Source: an uncultured Chloroflexia bacterium
GTDB taxonomy: Bacteria; Chloroflexota; Limnocylindria; Limnocylindrales; CSP1-4
Assembly (NCBI GenBank): GCA_963698595.1
Contig: CAVORL010000006.1
Location: 50,489 to 114,488 of the forward strand
Reading direction: 5' to 3'
Length of the DNA: 64,000 nt
The notes under the pieces were generated by a model. That model worked only from the letters and a program-made list of their open reading frames with translations, was not told the DNA's origin and made no database searches. Made by a program: the position numbers and the translations under genes. Positions 50,263 through 60,372 of this stretch are shown one piece after another (within the stretch, counting starts at the first letter, position 1; each line of letters starts with the position of its first letter).

Positions 50263-53200
50263 GCCCGTCTGCCAACCCGAACCAGGCGTCCACCACGTCC
50301 CACCAGGCCCCCGACACCGCCGTGAGCGGTGGGTTCGAGTCGCTGGGCGATGAGCGGTTCGCCGTGATCCGCGACGTCGACCGGATGGCGCCGTTCCTCA
50401 TGAACGTCGTGACGGACAGCGACCTGTGGCTCTTCGTCGGCTCCAACGGACCCTTCACCGCCGGGCGCCGGAACCCGGACCGGGCGCTCTTCCCGTACCA
50501 GACGGCGGACAAGATCCTCCGTCACGCCGACACGAGCGGCGCGCTCACGATCCTGCACGTGACCCGCGGCGAGCAGACCGCCCTCTGGGAGCCCTGGGCC
50601 GATGGACGGCGCGTCCACCGCGTCACGCGGAACCTGTACAAGAGCGTGGCCGGAGAGACGCTCGTCTTCGAGGAGGTCAACCACGACCTAAGTCTCCGCT
50701 TCCGCGCGACGCTCACCGGCTGCGGCCGGTTCGGGCTGGTGCGGGACGCGGAGCTGGAGAACCTTGCCGCCGATCCTGTCGAGGTGCGCTACCTGGACGG
50801 CTGGCACCAGGTGATCCCACCCGGCGTGACCGAGGAGGTCTGGGCCCGGCTCAGCTACCTCGCCGCCGGGTACATGCGACACGAGCGCATCCCCGGCACG
50901 ACGCTGGCCATCTACACGCTCAACGCCGCCATCTCGGATCGACCGGAGCCGTCCGAGTCGCTCCGCGTCGCCGGCGCCTGGTCGCTCGGCCACGCCGACC
51001 CGGTCATCCTCCTGAGCGAGGGCCAGGTGGCGGCGTTCCGGCGTGGGGAGGAAGTGCATCCGGAGCACGAGGTCCGGGGCGAGGTGGGCGCCTATCTCGT
51101 GGCCGGTGCCGTGCGCCTCGAGGGCGGCGCCCGCGGCGCATGGTCGACGGTGGGCGACACAAGCCTGGACCATGCCGCCGTGGTGGATCTCCGCGCCAGG
51201 CTCGCTGCGCCCGCGCCGCTCGAGCAGGAGCTTCGCGCAGCGGTGGCCGACAATCGGGCGGGGATCCGGCGACGGATCGCCGGGGCCGACGCCCTGCAGC
51301 AGACCGCCGACGAGGCGGCGACGGCCCACCAGGTCGCCAGCGTCCTCTACAACTCCATGCGGGGCGGGACGTTCGACGCCGACTACACGGCCCCGGTCGC
51401 GGACGTTGCCGCGTACCTCCGGGACCACAGCCCCGCCGTGCACGCGCGCCACGCCGACTGGCTGGCCGGTCTCCCATCCACGATGGACCTGGACCAGCTC
51501 GTCGTGGCGGCCGCCGGTCGGAACGACCCGCACCTGGAGCGCCTGCTGCGCACCTACCTGCCGCTCACCTTCAGTCGCCGCCACGGGGACCCCAGCCGCC
51601 CCTGGAATCGCTTCAACATCCGGCTCCAGGACGAGGACGGGCAGCCCGTCTACTGGTACGAGGGCAACTGGCGCGACATCTTCCAGAACTGGGAGGCCCT
51701 GGGCCAGAGCTATCCCGGCTACCTCGAGCGGTTCATTGCCGTCTTCCTGAACGCGACCACGGCGGACGGCTACAACGCGTACCGGATCACCCGCAACGGG
51801 GGAGACTGGGAGGTCCCCGACGAGCGCGACCCGTGGAGCCACATCGGGTACTGGGGTGACCACCAGGTCATCTACCTGCTGCGTCTTCTGGAGAGCTTCG
51901 AGCGGCGGGCGCCGGGCGCCCTCGCCGCGCGGTTCGGGGATCTTGACTATGCGTACGCCCAGGTCCCGTACCGCATCGCGCCCTTCCGGAGCCTGCTGGA
52001 GGATCCACGCACCACGCTCACCTTCGACGAAGCCCTCCACGCGTCGCTCCTGGCGCGGGCCCACGAGCAGGGCATGGACGGGAAGCTGATGCTCGACGAG
52101 AGCGGAGACGTTCTCCGCGTCTCGCTCCTCGAGAAGCTGCTGGTGCCCCTCCTGGCGAAGCTGACCAACCTGGTCCCCGGCGGGGGGATCTGGATGAACA
52201 CCCAGCGACCCGAGTGGAACGACGCCAACAACGCCCTCGCGGGGTGGGGCATCTCCGTCGTCACCGTGGCGGCGATCCACAGCCACCTGCGGTTCCTGGC
52301 GGCGGTTCTCCCCGGCGCCGGGGACGCACCCGTGTCGGCCTCGGTTGCGCGCCTGCTGGACCAGGTGTCGGCCAGCCTCGCGGACGCCGTGGGCCCGCTC
52401 GACGACGAGCGGCGGTTCGCGACCATGGCCCGGCTCGGCGAGGCCGGTGAGGCGCACCGGGCCGCGGTCTACGCCGGCGAGCTGGGCACGCGTGAGCCCC
52501 TGTCGTACGCGTCGGTGCGCGCCCTGCTGGACGCTGCCCTGCCGGTGATCGAGGAGACGCTCCGCTCGAACCGCCGGCCGGACGGGCTCTACCACAGCTA
52601 CAACCTCCTCAGCCTGGACGGCGAGCGGGCGAGCGTGGGACGCCTCGGGCCCATGCTCGAAGGGCAAGTCGCCCTCCTCGAGTCCGGCTTCCTGTCCGAG
52701 GAGGAGGCCCTGGGCGTGCTGCGGGCGCTGAGGTCGAGCGGCCTGTATCGCGAGGATCAGCGGACGTACATGCTGTACCCCGATCGCGAGCTGACGCCGT
52801 TCCTCGCCCGGAACACCCTGGAGGGTCCACCGCCGCTGCAGGACCCGCGGCTGTTCGTCGCCGACCGGCTGGGGGGCTGGCACTTCCAGGCCGATCTCAG
52901 CACGCTGGCAGACGTCGAGCAGGTGCTCGACCTGGCCGCGGCCGATCCGGCCACCCGCGAGGTCGTTGCGGACCTCTGGCGAACGACGTTCGGCCACCGC
53001 GAGTTCACGGGCCGGAGCGGCACCTTCTTCATGTTCGAGGGCCTGGGATCCATCTTCTGGCACATGGCGTCCAAGCTCAGGCTTGCCGTCCAGGCCACGC
53101 AGCGGCGGGCGGAGGATCCCGTCGCAGCCGCCGAGCTGGCTCGCTTCCACGACGAGGCCCGGGACGGCCTCGGCTTCACGAAGTCGCCGGACGTCTTCGG

Positions 53201-53648
53201 GGCGTTCCCGACGGACACCCACTCGCACTCGCCCCGGCACCGGGGCGCCCAGCAGCCCGGCATGACCGGCCAGGCGAAGGAGGACATCCTCGCCCGCTTC
53301 GGCGAGCTCGGGGTGGAGGCCGTCGGCGGCCGCCTGCGCTTCGAGCCCCGCCTCCTGCACCGGGCGGAGTTCCTTGGCGCCCCTCACCGGTTCTCCTACC
53401 TCGGCCTCGGCGGAACACCGGAGACGTGGGACCTCCCGGCGAAGAGCCTCGCGTTCACGTACTGCCAGGTGCCGGTCTGCTACCGGCTCGGCGAGGCCCC
53501 GAGGATCGAGCTCGAGCTGCGTGACGGAAGGCTGGAGGCGATCGAGGGGGTCGAGCTGGGAGTCGAGGCCAGCGCGGACATCTTCGCGCGGCGGGGAACC
53601 TACCGGCGGGTGACCGTCACGCTTGAAGGGTCCACCGTCCGGGGATAG
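50259..53648 (+). CDS. Large (1129 aa) uncharacterised protein; putative GH94-clan-like glycoside phosphorylase
   Basis: Uninterrupted ORF with strong GC3, translationally coupled (GTGA) to GH16. Motifs NWRDIFQNWEAL and RPEWNDANNALAG resemble the RDxxQD and DWND motifs of GH94-type phosphorylases (from memory). Confidence 0.7.
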
Positions 53649-53717
53649 GCGGGCGGTGCGCGGTCATCAGCTGCCACCCGGTCAGCTCCCACCCGGCGAG
53701 CGTCAACCCAGCTCGCG

Positions 53718-54614
53718 TCAACCCGGCGGCGTTGCACCACCCCGGTTCGGAGCGGGGGCGGGACGCGCCATGGCCGGCGGCGCGACGAGCACGGAGCAGG
53801 GAGCGTGCTCGACCACGTGCCGCGAGACCGAGCCCATCAGGAGCCCCCGGACGGCTCCCCGGCCCCGGCAGCCCACGACGACGAGGTCGGCGGCCCGCGT
53901 GCACGCTTCCTCGACGATCGCGCGCCCCGCCACTCCTGACGGGACAGAGGTGTCGGCCGTGAGCCCGGCGTCCCGGAGGCGCGCCGTCGCGTGGTCCGCG
54001 ATGAGGGCAGCCGCGTCGCGCGCGAGGGCCGTCGACCCGGTCCCCGCCACCACCACCACCGTCACGTGCGCACCCGAGGCGAGCGGGTAGGCAGCGATCA
54101 CGTCCATCGTCTCCGCGGCGTGCGGCGATCCGTCGACGGCGAGGACGACGCGGCGGGGCGCGCCGATCGGCGGGCGAGCCACCAGCACGGGGCAGGGCAC
54201 CTTCCCGAGGAGGGCCAGCGCCACGCTTCCCAGCAGGAGCGACGGGAGCCCGCCTCTGCCCAGGGGACCGACGACGAGGAGGTCGACGCGGAGCTCGCGG
54301 GTCGCCGCGGCGATGACGGCGGCCGGGGGGCCGCTCCGCACGACCTGGCGGACCGGCGTCTGCCAGGCTCCCAGCCGGGCTCCGGCGGCCTCGACTTCGC
54401 CCCGGGCGGCAGAACGCTGGGCTGTCCAGGCGTCACTCAACAGCAGATCGAGGTCGCGGCCCTGCCGGCGCCGCAGCCGATGGAGCGTTGCCTCGTCGAC
54501 CTCGGCCACCGAGAGGAGGACGAGCTCGTCGGCGGCCGTGAGTGGCAGGCAGGCGGCGAGCTCGAGGGCGATGCTGGCATGGTCCGACCCGTCGAGCGCC
54601 ACGAGGATCCGCAT
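53718..54614 (-). CDS. Tandem universal stress protein (two UspA domains)
   Basis: MRILVALDGSDHA...LLVVGPLGRGG...PCPVLVA, then VVLAVDGSPHA...LVVVGCRGRG...SVSRHVVEHAPCSVLVA. An alternative ATG at 54665 is possible. Confidence 0.8.
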   Translation of the reverse strand: MRILVALDGSDHASIALELAACLPLTAADELVLLSVAEVDEATLHRLRRRQGRDLDLLLSDAWTAQRSAARGEVEAAGARLGAWQTPVRQVVRSGPPAAVIAAATRELRVDLLVVGPLGRGGLPSLLLGSVALALLGKVPCPVLVARPPIGAPRRVVLAVDGSPHAAETMDVIAAYPLASGAHVTVVVVAGTGSTALARDAAALIADHATARLRDAGLTADTSVPSGVAGRAIVEEACTRAADLVVVGCRGRGAVRGLLMGSVSRHVVEHAPCSVLVAPPAMARPAPAPNRGGATPPG

Positions 54615-54832
54615 CGGCGCCCGCGCCGCGGGGCCCTGCGCCTGGTCGCGCGCATCCTGGTGCATGGCTCGCCTCCCGGGCCCCGGCAGCCGCCGGGAGC
54701 GCCTGCGCGGATGGGTGCCCGCCACCAGCGTAACGTGCCCGAGATCGCGGGAGCGGGCCGAACGCCAACCCAGGGCCGCCGGCGGCGCTGCCCGGTCGCG
54801 CCTGCCCCATCGGGCAGATCCTCGAGCGCCCG

Positions 54833-55984
54833 TTGACGCAGCGCCCCGGCCTCGGCAGCATCGCGGAGGACGGGCAGACAGGGGGCGACGTGATGGGCGA
54901 CCGTCAGGCAGCCAGGGACGCGCTCCAGGGCGACGGGGAGCTGGAACGCTCCCGCACCCGCGACGCGAGCGGCCGCACGCCGTCCGGAGCGTTGCCCGCC
55001 GGAGCGGCGCACGCGGAGGCGGCGCACGCCGGACTGCCGGTCGCCGCGCTCCTCGGGCTCCAGCGTGCGGCCGGCAACGCGGCGGTCGTCCAGCTGCTCC
55101 GCGGATCCGGCCCGCCGGCGGCCCCGGAGCCGCCGTCCTGGCGGCCGGAGGAGCGCGAGGAGGCGGCTGGCCCGCTCGAGGTCGCGCCGGCCCCCGACGA
55201 GCTCGTCGGCAACGTGCCGGCGCTCGAGGAGGGCGAGCGGCCCACCCGGGCCGAGCGCGCGGAGAAGCGGGCCGAGGGTGACGTCTCGATGCCCGTCGCC
55301 GAGGAGGACGTGGCGATCGGCGGCGGTGGCCTCCCGGTGTCCGGCGCGGCCCCGGCGGTCGGCGCGGGCCCGGCGGCGGGCAGCTTCGTCGACGGTGGGC
55401 GGGCCGACACGATCCCCTTCGGCGACGCGGAGGAGCACGGCCTCGACGCCGTCGGCGGCGACCTCGACCCCGGCACCGAGGACCTCCGGCCGCGCATCTT
55501 CGTCGCCGGCGGGAGGACGGGGAACGTCGCCTGGGGCGGGGGAGCCGGCGCCGGCCCGCACGGCAACCAGGAGTCGGGCAGCGCCGAGATCGTCAAGCCG
55601 GAGATCGAGACGAGCTGGGGCGGCGTCTTCACGAACGCCGACGCCTGGGTCAAGGAGGGGACCGGCACCGTCACCGTGAAGCGGGACTACGTCTCCAGCA
55701 GCCCGGGCGACCAGGGCAACGGCTGGTACGTCACGGACAAGGCCGCCGCGGGCCTGGAGCGCCACGAGCAGCGCCACGTCTCGCAGTCGCGCTCGGTCTA
55801 CGCCGACAAGATCCAGCCGATGCTCGACCGGATCCTCAACAGCTACACCTACGGCAAGGGGAAGGTCTACAAGTCGGTCGACGCCGCGGCGCTCGTGCAG
55901 CGCTACGTCGACTGGGCCTCGTCGGTGAAGGGCTTCGACGAGGACGACAAGGCCTGGAACGGGAAGGGTGGCCAGGTCGACTAG
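54833..55984 (+). CDS. Hypothetical protein with LQRxxGN leader motif and an HExxH motif (DUF4157/polymorphic-toxin-like); frame continues past a TAG
   Basis: LLGLQRAAGNAAVVQLL, later LERHEQRHV. The start is uncertain (TTG 54833 or ATG 54893). 36 further in-frame, high-GC3 codons follow the TAG at 55982. Confidence 0.55.
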   Translation: MTQRPGLGSIAEDGQTGGDVMGDRQAARDALQGDGELERSRTRDASGRTPSGALPAGAAHAEAAHAGLPVAALLGLQRAAGNAAVVQLLRGSGPPAAPEPPSWRPEEREEAAGPLEVAPAPDELVGNVPALEEGERPTRAERAEKRAEGDVSMPVAEEDVAIGGGGLPVSGAAPAVGAGPAAGSFVDGGRADTIPFGDAEEHGLDAVGGDLDPGTEDLRPRIFVAGGRTGNVAWGGGAGAGPHGNQESGSAEIVKPEIETSWGGVFTNADAWVKEGTGTVTVKRDYVSSSPGDQGNGWYVTDKAAAGLERHEQRHVSQSRSVYADKIQPMLDRILNSYTYGKGKVYKSVDAAALVQRYVDWASSVKGFDEDDKAWNGKGGQVD

Positions 55985-56208
55985 GAAGACCAGCACTCGC
56001 CCAACTTCCCGCGCCAGATCGGCGCGGGGAAGGTCACCGGCAAGGAGTTCCAGAACCGCCTCAAGATGCCCACCGAGGAAGATCCGCCCGAGTAGGGGAA
56101 CGGACTCCGGCGACGGCCGGGAGCGGCGAGCGTCGATACCCGGATGCCCGTCGCCCGCCCAGCCCGTTCCGCCGGGCCGCGCTCCGCGCCGGTCACTGGT
56201 GCGGGAGG

Positions 56209-56285
56209 TGGGGTGGCCTACGGGGCTTGAACCCGTAACCTTCGGAGCCACAATCCGATGCTCTGCCGATTGAGCTAAGGCCACC
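56209..56285 (-). tRNA. tRNA-His (anticodon GTG) with encoded G-1 and CCA
   Basis: Manual fold: G(-1), acceptor GTGGCCT/AGGCCAC, D stem GCTC/GAGC, anticodon stem TCGGA/TCCGA, loop TTGTGGC, T arm ACGGG-TTCAAGC-CCCGT, discriminator C, CCA. Confidence 0.9.
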
Positions 56286-56500
56286 GCGGTCGCGGCACGC
56301 GCGGGACCGGGCGGGCCCGGTGCGCGTGGGACGGGCGGAGTATACGCGACGGGGCCGTGACGCCTCGGGTCCCGGCAGCACGCCCGGGGTCTCATGAGCT
56401 CCCGGTACGCGGACACCGGATCCCGGCCGTTCACGACCCGGACGGCCTAGACTCGACCCGGCGACCGAGCGGCGATGCCTGCCGGTGGACGAGGGCTGAC

Positions 56501-57862
56501 GTGGTCATCTGTGGCGAATGCGGCGGGCAGAACGAGAGCGGCGCGACGCGCTGCGCGACGTGCCACGTGCCCCTTACGTCCGACGGCGCCCGGGCCGCGC
56601 CGCCCTCGCCGGCTGCCGAGCACCACGAGCCGCCGCCGGCGCGGGCCACGCCGGCCGTCGTCGGGGCGCTGGACGAGCTGACCCGCCGGGTCGCAGCCGG
56701 GCAGGATGTCGTGTTCTGCCTCGACGTGCGCAACGACGGGCCGACCGCGGATCACCTCCGGATCGAGGTGCTGGGCGACGCGGCCGCGTGGGCAGACGTC
56801 ACCCCGTCCACGCTCGACCTGCTCCCCGGGGCGTCGGCGGCGGTCAGCATCCGCTTCCATCCGCCACGTGGCACCGGCGGGCCCGCTCGCAGCGTGGACT
56901 TCGCGGTCGCGATCCACTCCGCGGAGCACCCCGACGCCACCGCCATCGAGCTGGGCGTCATCGAGATCGAGCCGGCCGGCGCGGCCGGAGCCGAGGCGGG
57001 CGTCTCGGCGGGGCGCCGTCGCATCTCGTCCCTGGCGGCCACGGTCGGGGCCGTGGCCCTCGTCCTGGTCGCCGCCGGGGCAGTCATCCTCGCCGGCTCT
57101 GCCCTCGGCCCCGGGTCGTCGCCGGCGGCGGTCGCCGCGACCACGCCGGCTGCCACGCCCGTGCCCGGCGCGACGTCCTCGCCGGCCGCCACGCCCCTTG
57201 CGAGCGCGACGCTCGTGCCGGCGGAGCCCTCGGGGGGCCCGGGCGCCCCCGTCGCCTGGTGGCAGGACGCCTACGATGCCGCCACCGCCCGTGGGATCGT
57301 CCTCGGCGCCGAGGTGGCCGAGGGCACGACCGACGAGAGCCTCCCGTACGCCGAGTTCACGAACGGGTCTGTCGTCCAGCGGGTCTACGACGCGTACTGG
57401 CTCAGCGACGAGATCTGGGGTGCCTGGAAGGCGCTCGGTGGCGGCCCCGGCCCGGCGTCGAACCTCGGCTACCCGGCGAGCGCCCTGCTGGGCCCGAATC
57501 CCGCCGAGCGCCGCCAGCTGTTCGACGACGGCGCCGTCTACTGGACGCCGTCGGCAGGCGCCCACGCCGTCTCCGGCATGACCTGGAGGTGGTGGAGGAC
57601 GCTCGTCGAGCAGAGGGGTGGCGACGTGGAGCTGCCCGCGGGATCCGGTCTCGTCGATCCCCTGGGCCACCCGACGAGCGAGGTCCGCAGCGACGCGAGC
57701 GGATCCTGGATCGAGTTGGAGAACGGGATGCTCGGCGTGGCCGTCGGCGGCGACGGCTGGGCCTGCGCGTACGCCGGTCCCGCCGGCGGCCTGCCATCGT
57801 GCGCCGAGCTCGGCCGGGATCCCGCGACGCCCGCCCAGCCCACGGCGACGCCCGCGCCCTGA
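56501..57862 (+). CDS. Zinc-ribbon / beta-sandwich / single-TM / LGFP-like repeat protein
   Basis: N-terminal CGECGG...CATC, a CARDB-like segment, TM AATVGAVALVLVAAGAVILAG, Pro/Ala/Thr linker, C-terminal repeats with LGYPAS and LGHPTS. GTG 56501 start is tentative. Confidence 0.6.
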   Translation: MVICGECGGQNESGATRCATCHVPLTSDGARAAPPSPAAEHHEPPPARATPAVVGALDELTRRVAAGQDVVFCLDVRNDGPTADHLRIEVLGDAAAWADVTPSTLDLLPGASAAVSIRFHPPRGTGGPARSVDFAVAIHSAEHPDATAIELGVIEIEPAGAAGAEAGVSAGRRRISSLAATVGAVALVLVAAGAVILAGSALGPGSSPAAVAATTPAATPVPGATSSPAATPLASATLVPAEPSGGPGAPVAWWQDAYDAATARGIVLGAEVAEGTTDESLPYAEFTNGSVVQRVYDAYWLSDEIWGAWKALGGGPGPASNLGYPASALLGPNPAERRQLFDDGAVYWTPSAGAHAVSGMTWRWWRTLVEQRGGDVELPAGSGLVDPLGHPTSEVRSDASGSWIELENGMLGVAVGGDGWACAYAGPAGGLPSCAELGRDPATPAQPTATPAP

Positions 57863-57904
57863 TCCTCCCGCCTTCGCGCGCCGGCCAGAGTCCGGAATCG
57901 AACC

Positions 57905-58426
57905 CTACTCGGCGACCGGTTTCAGGTCCTCGTCCCAGGCCCACCCGTCGATGTCGGGAGGCTCGTAGCCCAGGATCGTGAGGGCGTGCCGGACCTGGGT
58001 CCGGTGCTCGCCGCCGTGGTCCAGCGCCTGGGTGAAGATGACGACGGCGCGGATGCTGACCGGCTCACCGCGGAACGCCGTGTCGATGATCTCCCCCGGA
58101 GCGTATTGCCCGGCGAGCTCGATGAGCGCCTGCCCGGACGCCTGGGCGCGGCGCCGCAGGACCCGGACCGACGGAGCGAGAGCCTCGGGCGGCATCGGTG
58201 GGTCCGGCTCGTTTGCGGCGGGTCCCCGAGGCGACGGCTCGCGACGCAGCCGCGACACGTAGCGTTCCTCGGCCTCGACAAGGTGGCGGAGCGTGGCGCC
58301 GAGCCCGCCGTAGGTCCCCTGGGTCACCCATTCGAGATGGTCGGGTGGGAGCCCTTCGCAGGCGGCAAGGAGGCGATCGGTGGCCCACGCGTGGTGGCGG
58401 AAGAGCTCGACAAATCCAGCGTCCAT
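57905..58426 (-). CDS. DinB family protein
   Basis: LFRHHAWATDRLL, LRHLVEAEERY, ALDHGGEHRTQV (His triad pattern of the DinB four-helix bundle). Confidence 0.8.
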   Translation of the reverse strand: MDAGFVELFRHHAWATDRLLAACEGLPPDHLEWVTQGTYGGLGATLRHLVEAEERYVSRLRREPSPRGPAANEPDPPMPPEALAPSVRVLRRRAQASGQALIELAGQYAPGEIIDTAFRGEPVSIRAVVIFTQALDHGGEHRTQVRHALTILGYEPPDIDGWAWDEDLKPVAE

Positions 58427-58505
58427 GCGGTGAAGCGTACCTCCCCGCCCGCGCCGGAGGACGGCCCGGCGCGCGTCCCCGGGTCCAGACCGGGACCACC
58501 GTCCG

Positions 58506-59516
58506 GTGGGGGCACGGGACCATCGCGCGAGGGATTCCGGCCCCCACCGAGAGTACGGTCCGGAGGTGACTCGCCGTCAGCCCCAGCGCACGCCCGCCGG
58601 CCGCCTCGCGGCCTTCGTTGCGGCCGCGTTCCTCGGCATGACGATCGGCGCCTTCGCGGTGCCGTCGCCGGCCGCCGCGTGGGCCGGCAGCAGCTTCAAT
58701 GCCTCGTCCGAGGCCGAGCTCCTCCAGCGCACGAACCAGGCGCGCGCGAGCGCCGGCCTGCGGGCCCTCAAGGTCGACTCCAAGCTCGTGTCGATCGCCC
58801 GCTGGCGCAGCAAGGACATGATCGTGCGGGACTACTTCGACCACTCGATCCCCGGCAGCGGGGATGTCTTCCAGGTCCTCCAGGGCGATGGCTACTGCTT
58901 CAAGGTGGCCGGGGAGAACATCGGCTGGAACTCGTACCCGGACGACGTCGCCACGCAGGCGGTCCATACCCAGTTCATGAACTCCGCCGGCCACCGCGGC
59001 AACATCCTGGGCAAGGCCTGGGACGTCATCGGGATCGGTGCGTACAAGGGCAAGACCGAGAAGAAGATGTGGACCGTCCTCTTCGCCGACAAGTGCGGCG
59101 GCACTGCCACCGCGACGCCGAAGCCCGCGCCGAAGGCCACCCCGAAGCCGACGCCGAAGCCGCGCGCCACCCCCAGGCCTGCGCCGGGCCCGGCAACCAC
59201 CCCGAAGCCCGCGCCGAAACCGAAGGCCAGCCCGCGGGCGACCCCGGCTCCCACCCCCGAGCCGGCGCCCGAGTCGACGCCCCTGCTGGTGCGGGTGGCA
59301 TTCGCCGAGCCCGACGACGACGCGCCGCGCGGCCTCGTGCTCGAAGCCGGAGGCGTCGCACTCGTCGAACGTGGCGAAGAGCGGGATTTGGCCGGGGACC
59401 GGCCGTCCCCCGGCCAGACCTACCGCGTCCTGGACCCGGTCGGAGTCCCGTCCCCCGCACGAGGACTCCTCGACGGGCTGGGCGGCGCGATTCTGCGCTT
59501 CCTCTTCGGCGCGTGA
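58506..59516 (+). CDS. Secreted CAP/SCP (PR-1-like) domain protein with Pro-Lys/Thr-rich linker
   Basis: Signal-like LAAFVAAAFLGMTIGAFAVPSPAAA. CAP domain (NQARASAGL..., GENIGW, MNSAGHRGNIL). TPKPAPK repeats. An alternative GTG start at 58566 is possible. Confidence 0.75.
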   Translation: MGARDHRARDSGPHREYGPEVTRRQPQRTPAGRLAAFVAAAFLGMTIGAFAVPSPAAAWAGSSFNASSEAELLQRTNQARASAGLRALKVDSKLVSIARWRSKDMIVRDYFDHSIPGSGDVFQVLQGDGYCFKVAGENIGWNSYPDDVATQAVHTQFMNSAGHRGNILGKAWDVIGIGAYKGKTEKKMWTVLFADKCGGTATATPKPAPKATPKPTPKPRATPRPAPGPATTPKPAPKPKASPRATPAPTPEPAPESTPLLVRVAFAEPDDDAPRGLVLEAGGVALVERGEERDLAGDRPSPGQTYRVLDPVGVPSPARGLLDGLGGAILRFLFGA

Positions 59517-59616
59517 GCCCGGCCGCCTCGCCGGCGGTCATCCGCGACCCGGGCCGGCGCTACACTCGCCCCCCGGCGGAGCGTTCCGGCACCGCCCCGA
59601 CCGAAGGAGCCGCCTG

Positions 59617-60369
59617 ATGCCGCCCATCCTCGAGGCACACGACCTCGTCCGGAGCTATCGGATGGGCGGCGTGGACGTCGATGCCGTCCGCGGCGTGTCC
59701 CTGGCGGTCGAGCCGGGCGAGTTCGTGGCGGTGATGGGCCCGTCGGGCTCCGGCAAGAGCACGCTCCTCCACCTCCTGGGAGGCCTGGACCGGCCGACCT
59801 CGGGCGAGGTCGTGCTCGACGGCGCGGTGGTGAGCCGGCTCGGCGACGATGAGGCGACGAAGCTCCGGCGGGCGAAGACCGGCTTCGTCTTTCAGTTCTT
59901 CAACCTCATCCCCATCATGTCCGTGCGCGAGAACGTGGCTCTGCCCTTCACGATCGCCGGACGGGACCCGGGCGGACGCGAGGAGGCGGCGGCCATCAGG
60001 GACGTCCTGGAGGCCGTGGACCTCGCTGCTCGCGAGAAGCATCGGCCCGACGAGCTCTCCGCCGGGGAGCAGCAGCGCGTGGCGCTGGCCCGGGCCCTCG
60101 TGCACCGGCCGGCGCTGCTGCTGGCCGACGAGCCGACGGGCAACCTCGACTATGCGACGGGGACCGAGATCCTCGACATGCTCTGGCGCCTGGGTGCCGA
60201 GCGTGGCCAGACCCTCGTGCTGGTGACGCACGACGCCAAGGCCGCCGCCTACGCCGACCGCGTGCTCGTGCTCCACGACGGCGCGATCCGCGACGAGATC
60301 GTCCTCGGCCGGCGCGAGGACCACTCGGCCGGCGCCCTCATCGCCCGTCTCGCCACCCTGGGGCTCTGA
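59617..60369 (+). CDS. ABC transporter ATP-binding protein (MacB/LolD/FtsE type)
   Basis: GPSGSGKSTLL, FVFQFFNLIP, LSAGEQQRVALARAL, LLADEPTGNLD. GAAGGAG RBS. Confidence 0.9.
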   Translation: MPPILEAHDLVRSYRMGGVDVDAVRGVSLAVEPGEFVAVMGPSGSGKSTLLHLLGGLDRPTSGEVVLDGAVVSRLGDDEATKLRRAKTGFVFQFFNLIPIMSVRENVALPFTIAGRDPGGREEAAAIRDVLEAVDLAAREKHRPDELSAGEQQRVALARALVHRPALLLADEPTGNLDYATGTEILDMLWRLGAERGQTLVLVTHDAKAAAYADRVLVLHDGAIRDEIVLGRREDHSAGALIARLATLGL

Positions 60370-60372
60370 GAG

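Noticed and set aside
55982-55984. TAG reassignment (for example pyrrolysine) or genome-wide amber suppression as an explanation for the in-frame TAG.
   Set aside because: TAG terminates many well-supported genes in this window at positions matching the family C-termini. No pyl genes are seen.
57889-57907. ccggaatcgaaccc, which resembles a tRNA T-arm (GGTTCGATTCC on the other strand) and could be a tRNA-fragment att site.
   Set aside because: The flanking bases do not form a T stem or any other tRNA arm. The stretch overlaps the DinB stop codon, and it does not match the T arm of the nearby tRNA-His.
59100-59280. Repetitive DNA in the CAP-domain gene as a possible CRISPR or satellite.
   Set aside because: The repeats are short, degenerate and in frame, encoding a TPKPAPK linker inside a continuous ORF. 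There is no spacer/repeat architecture anywhere in the window.
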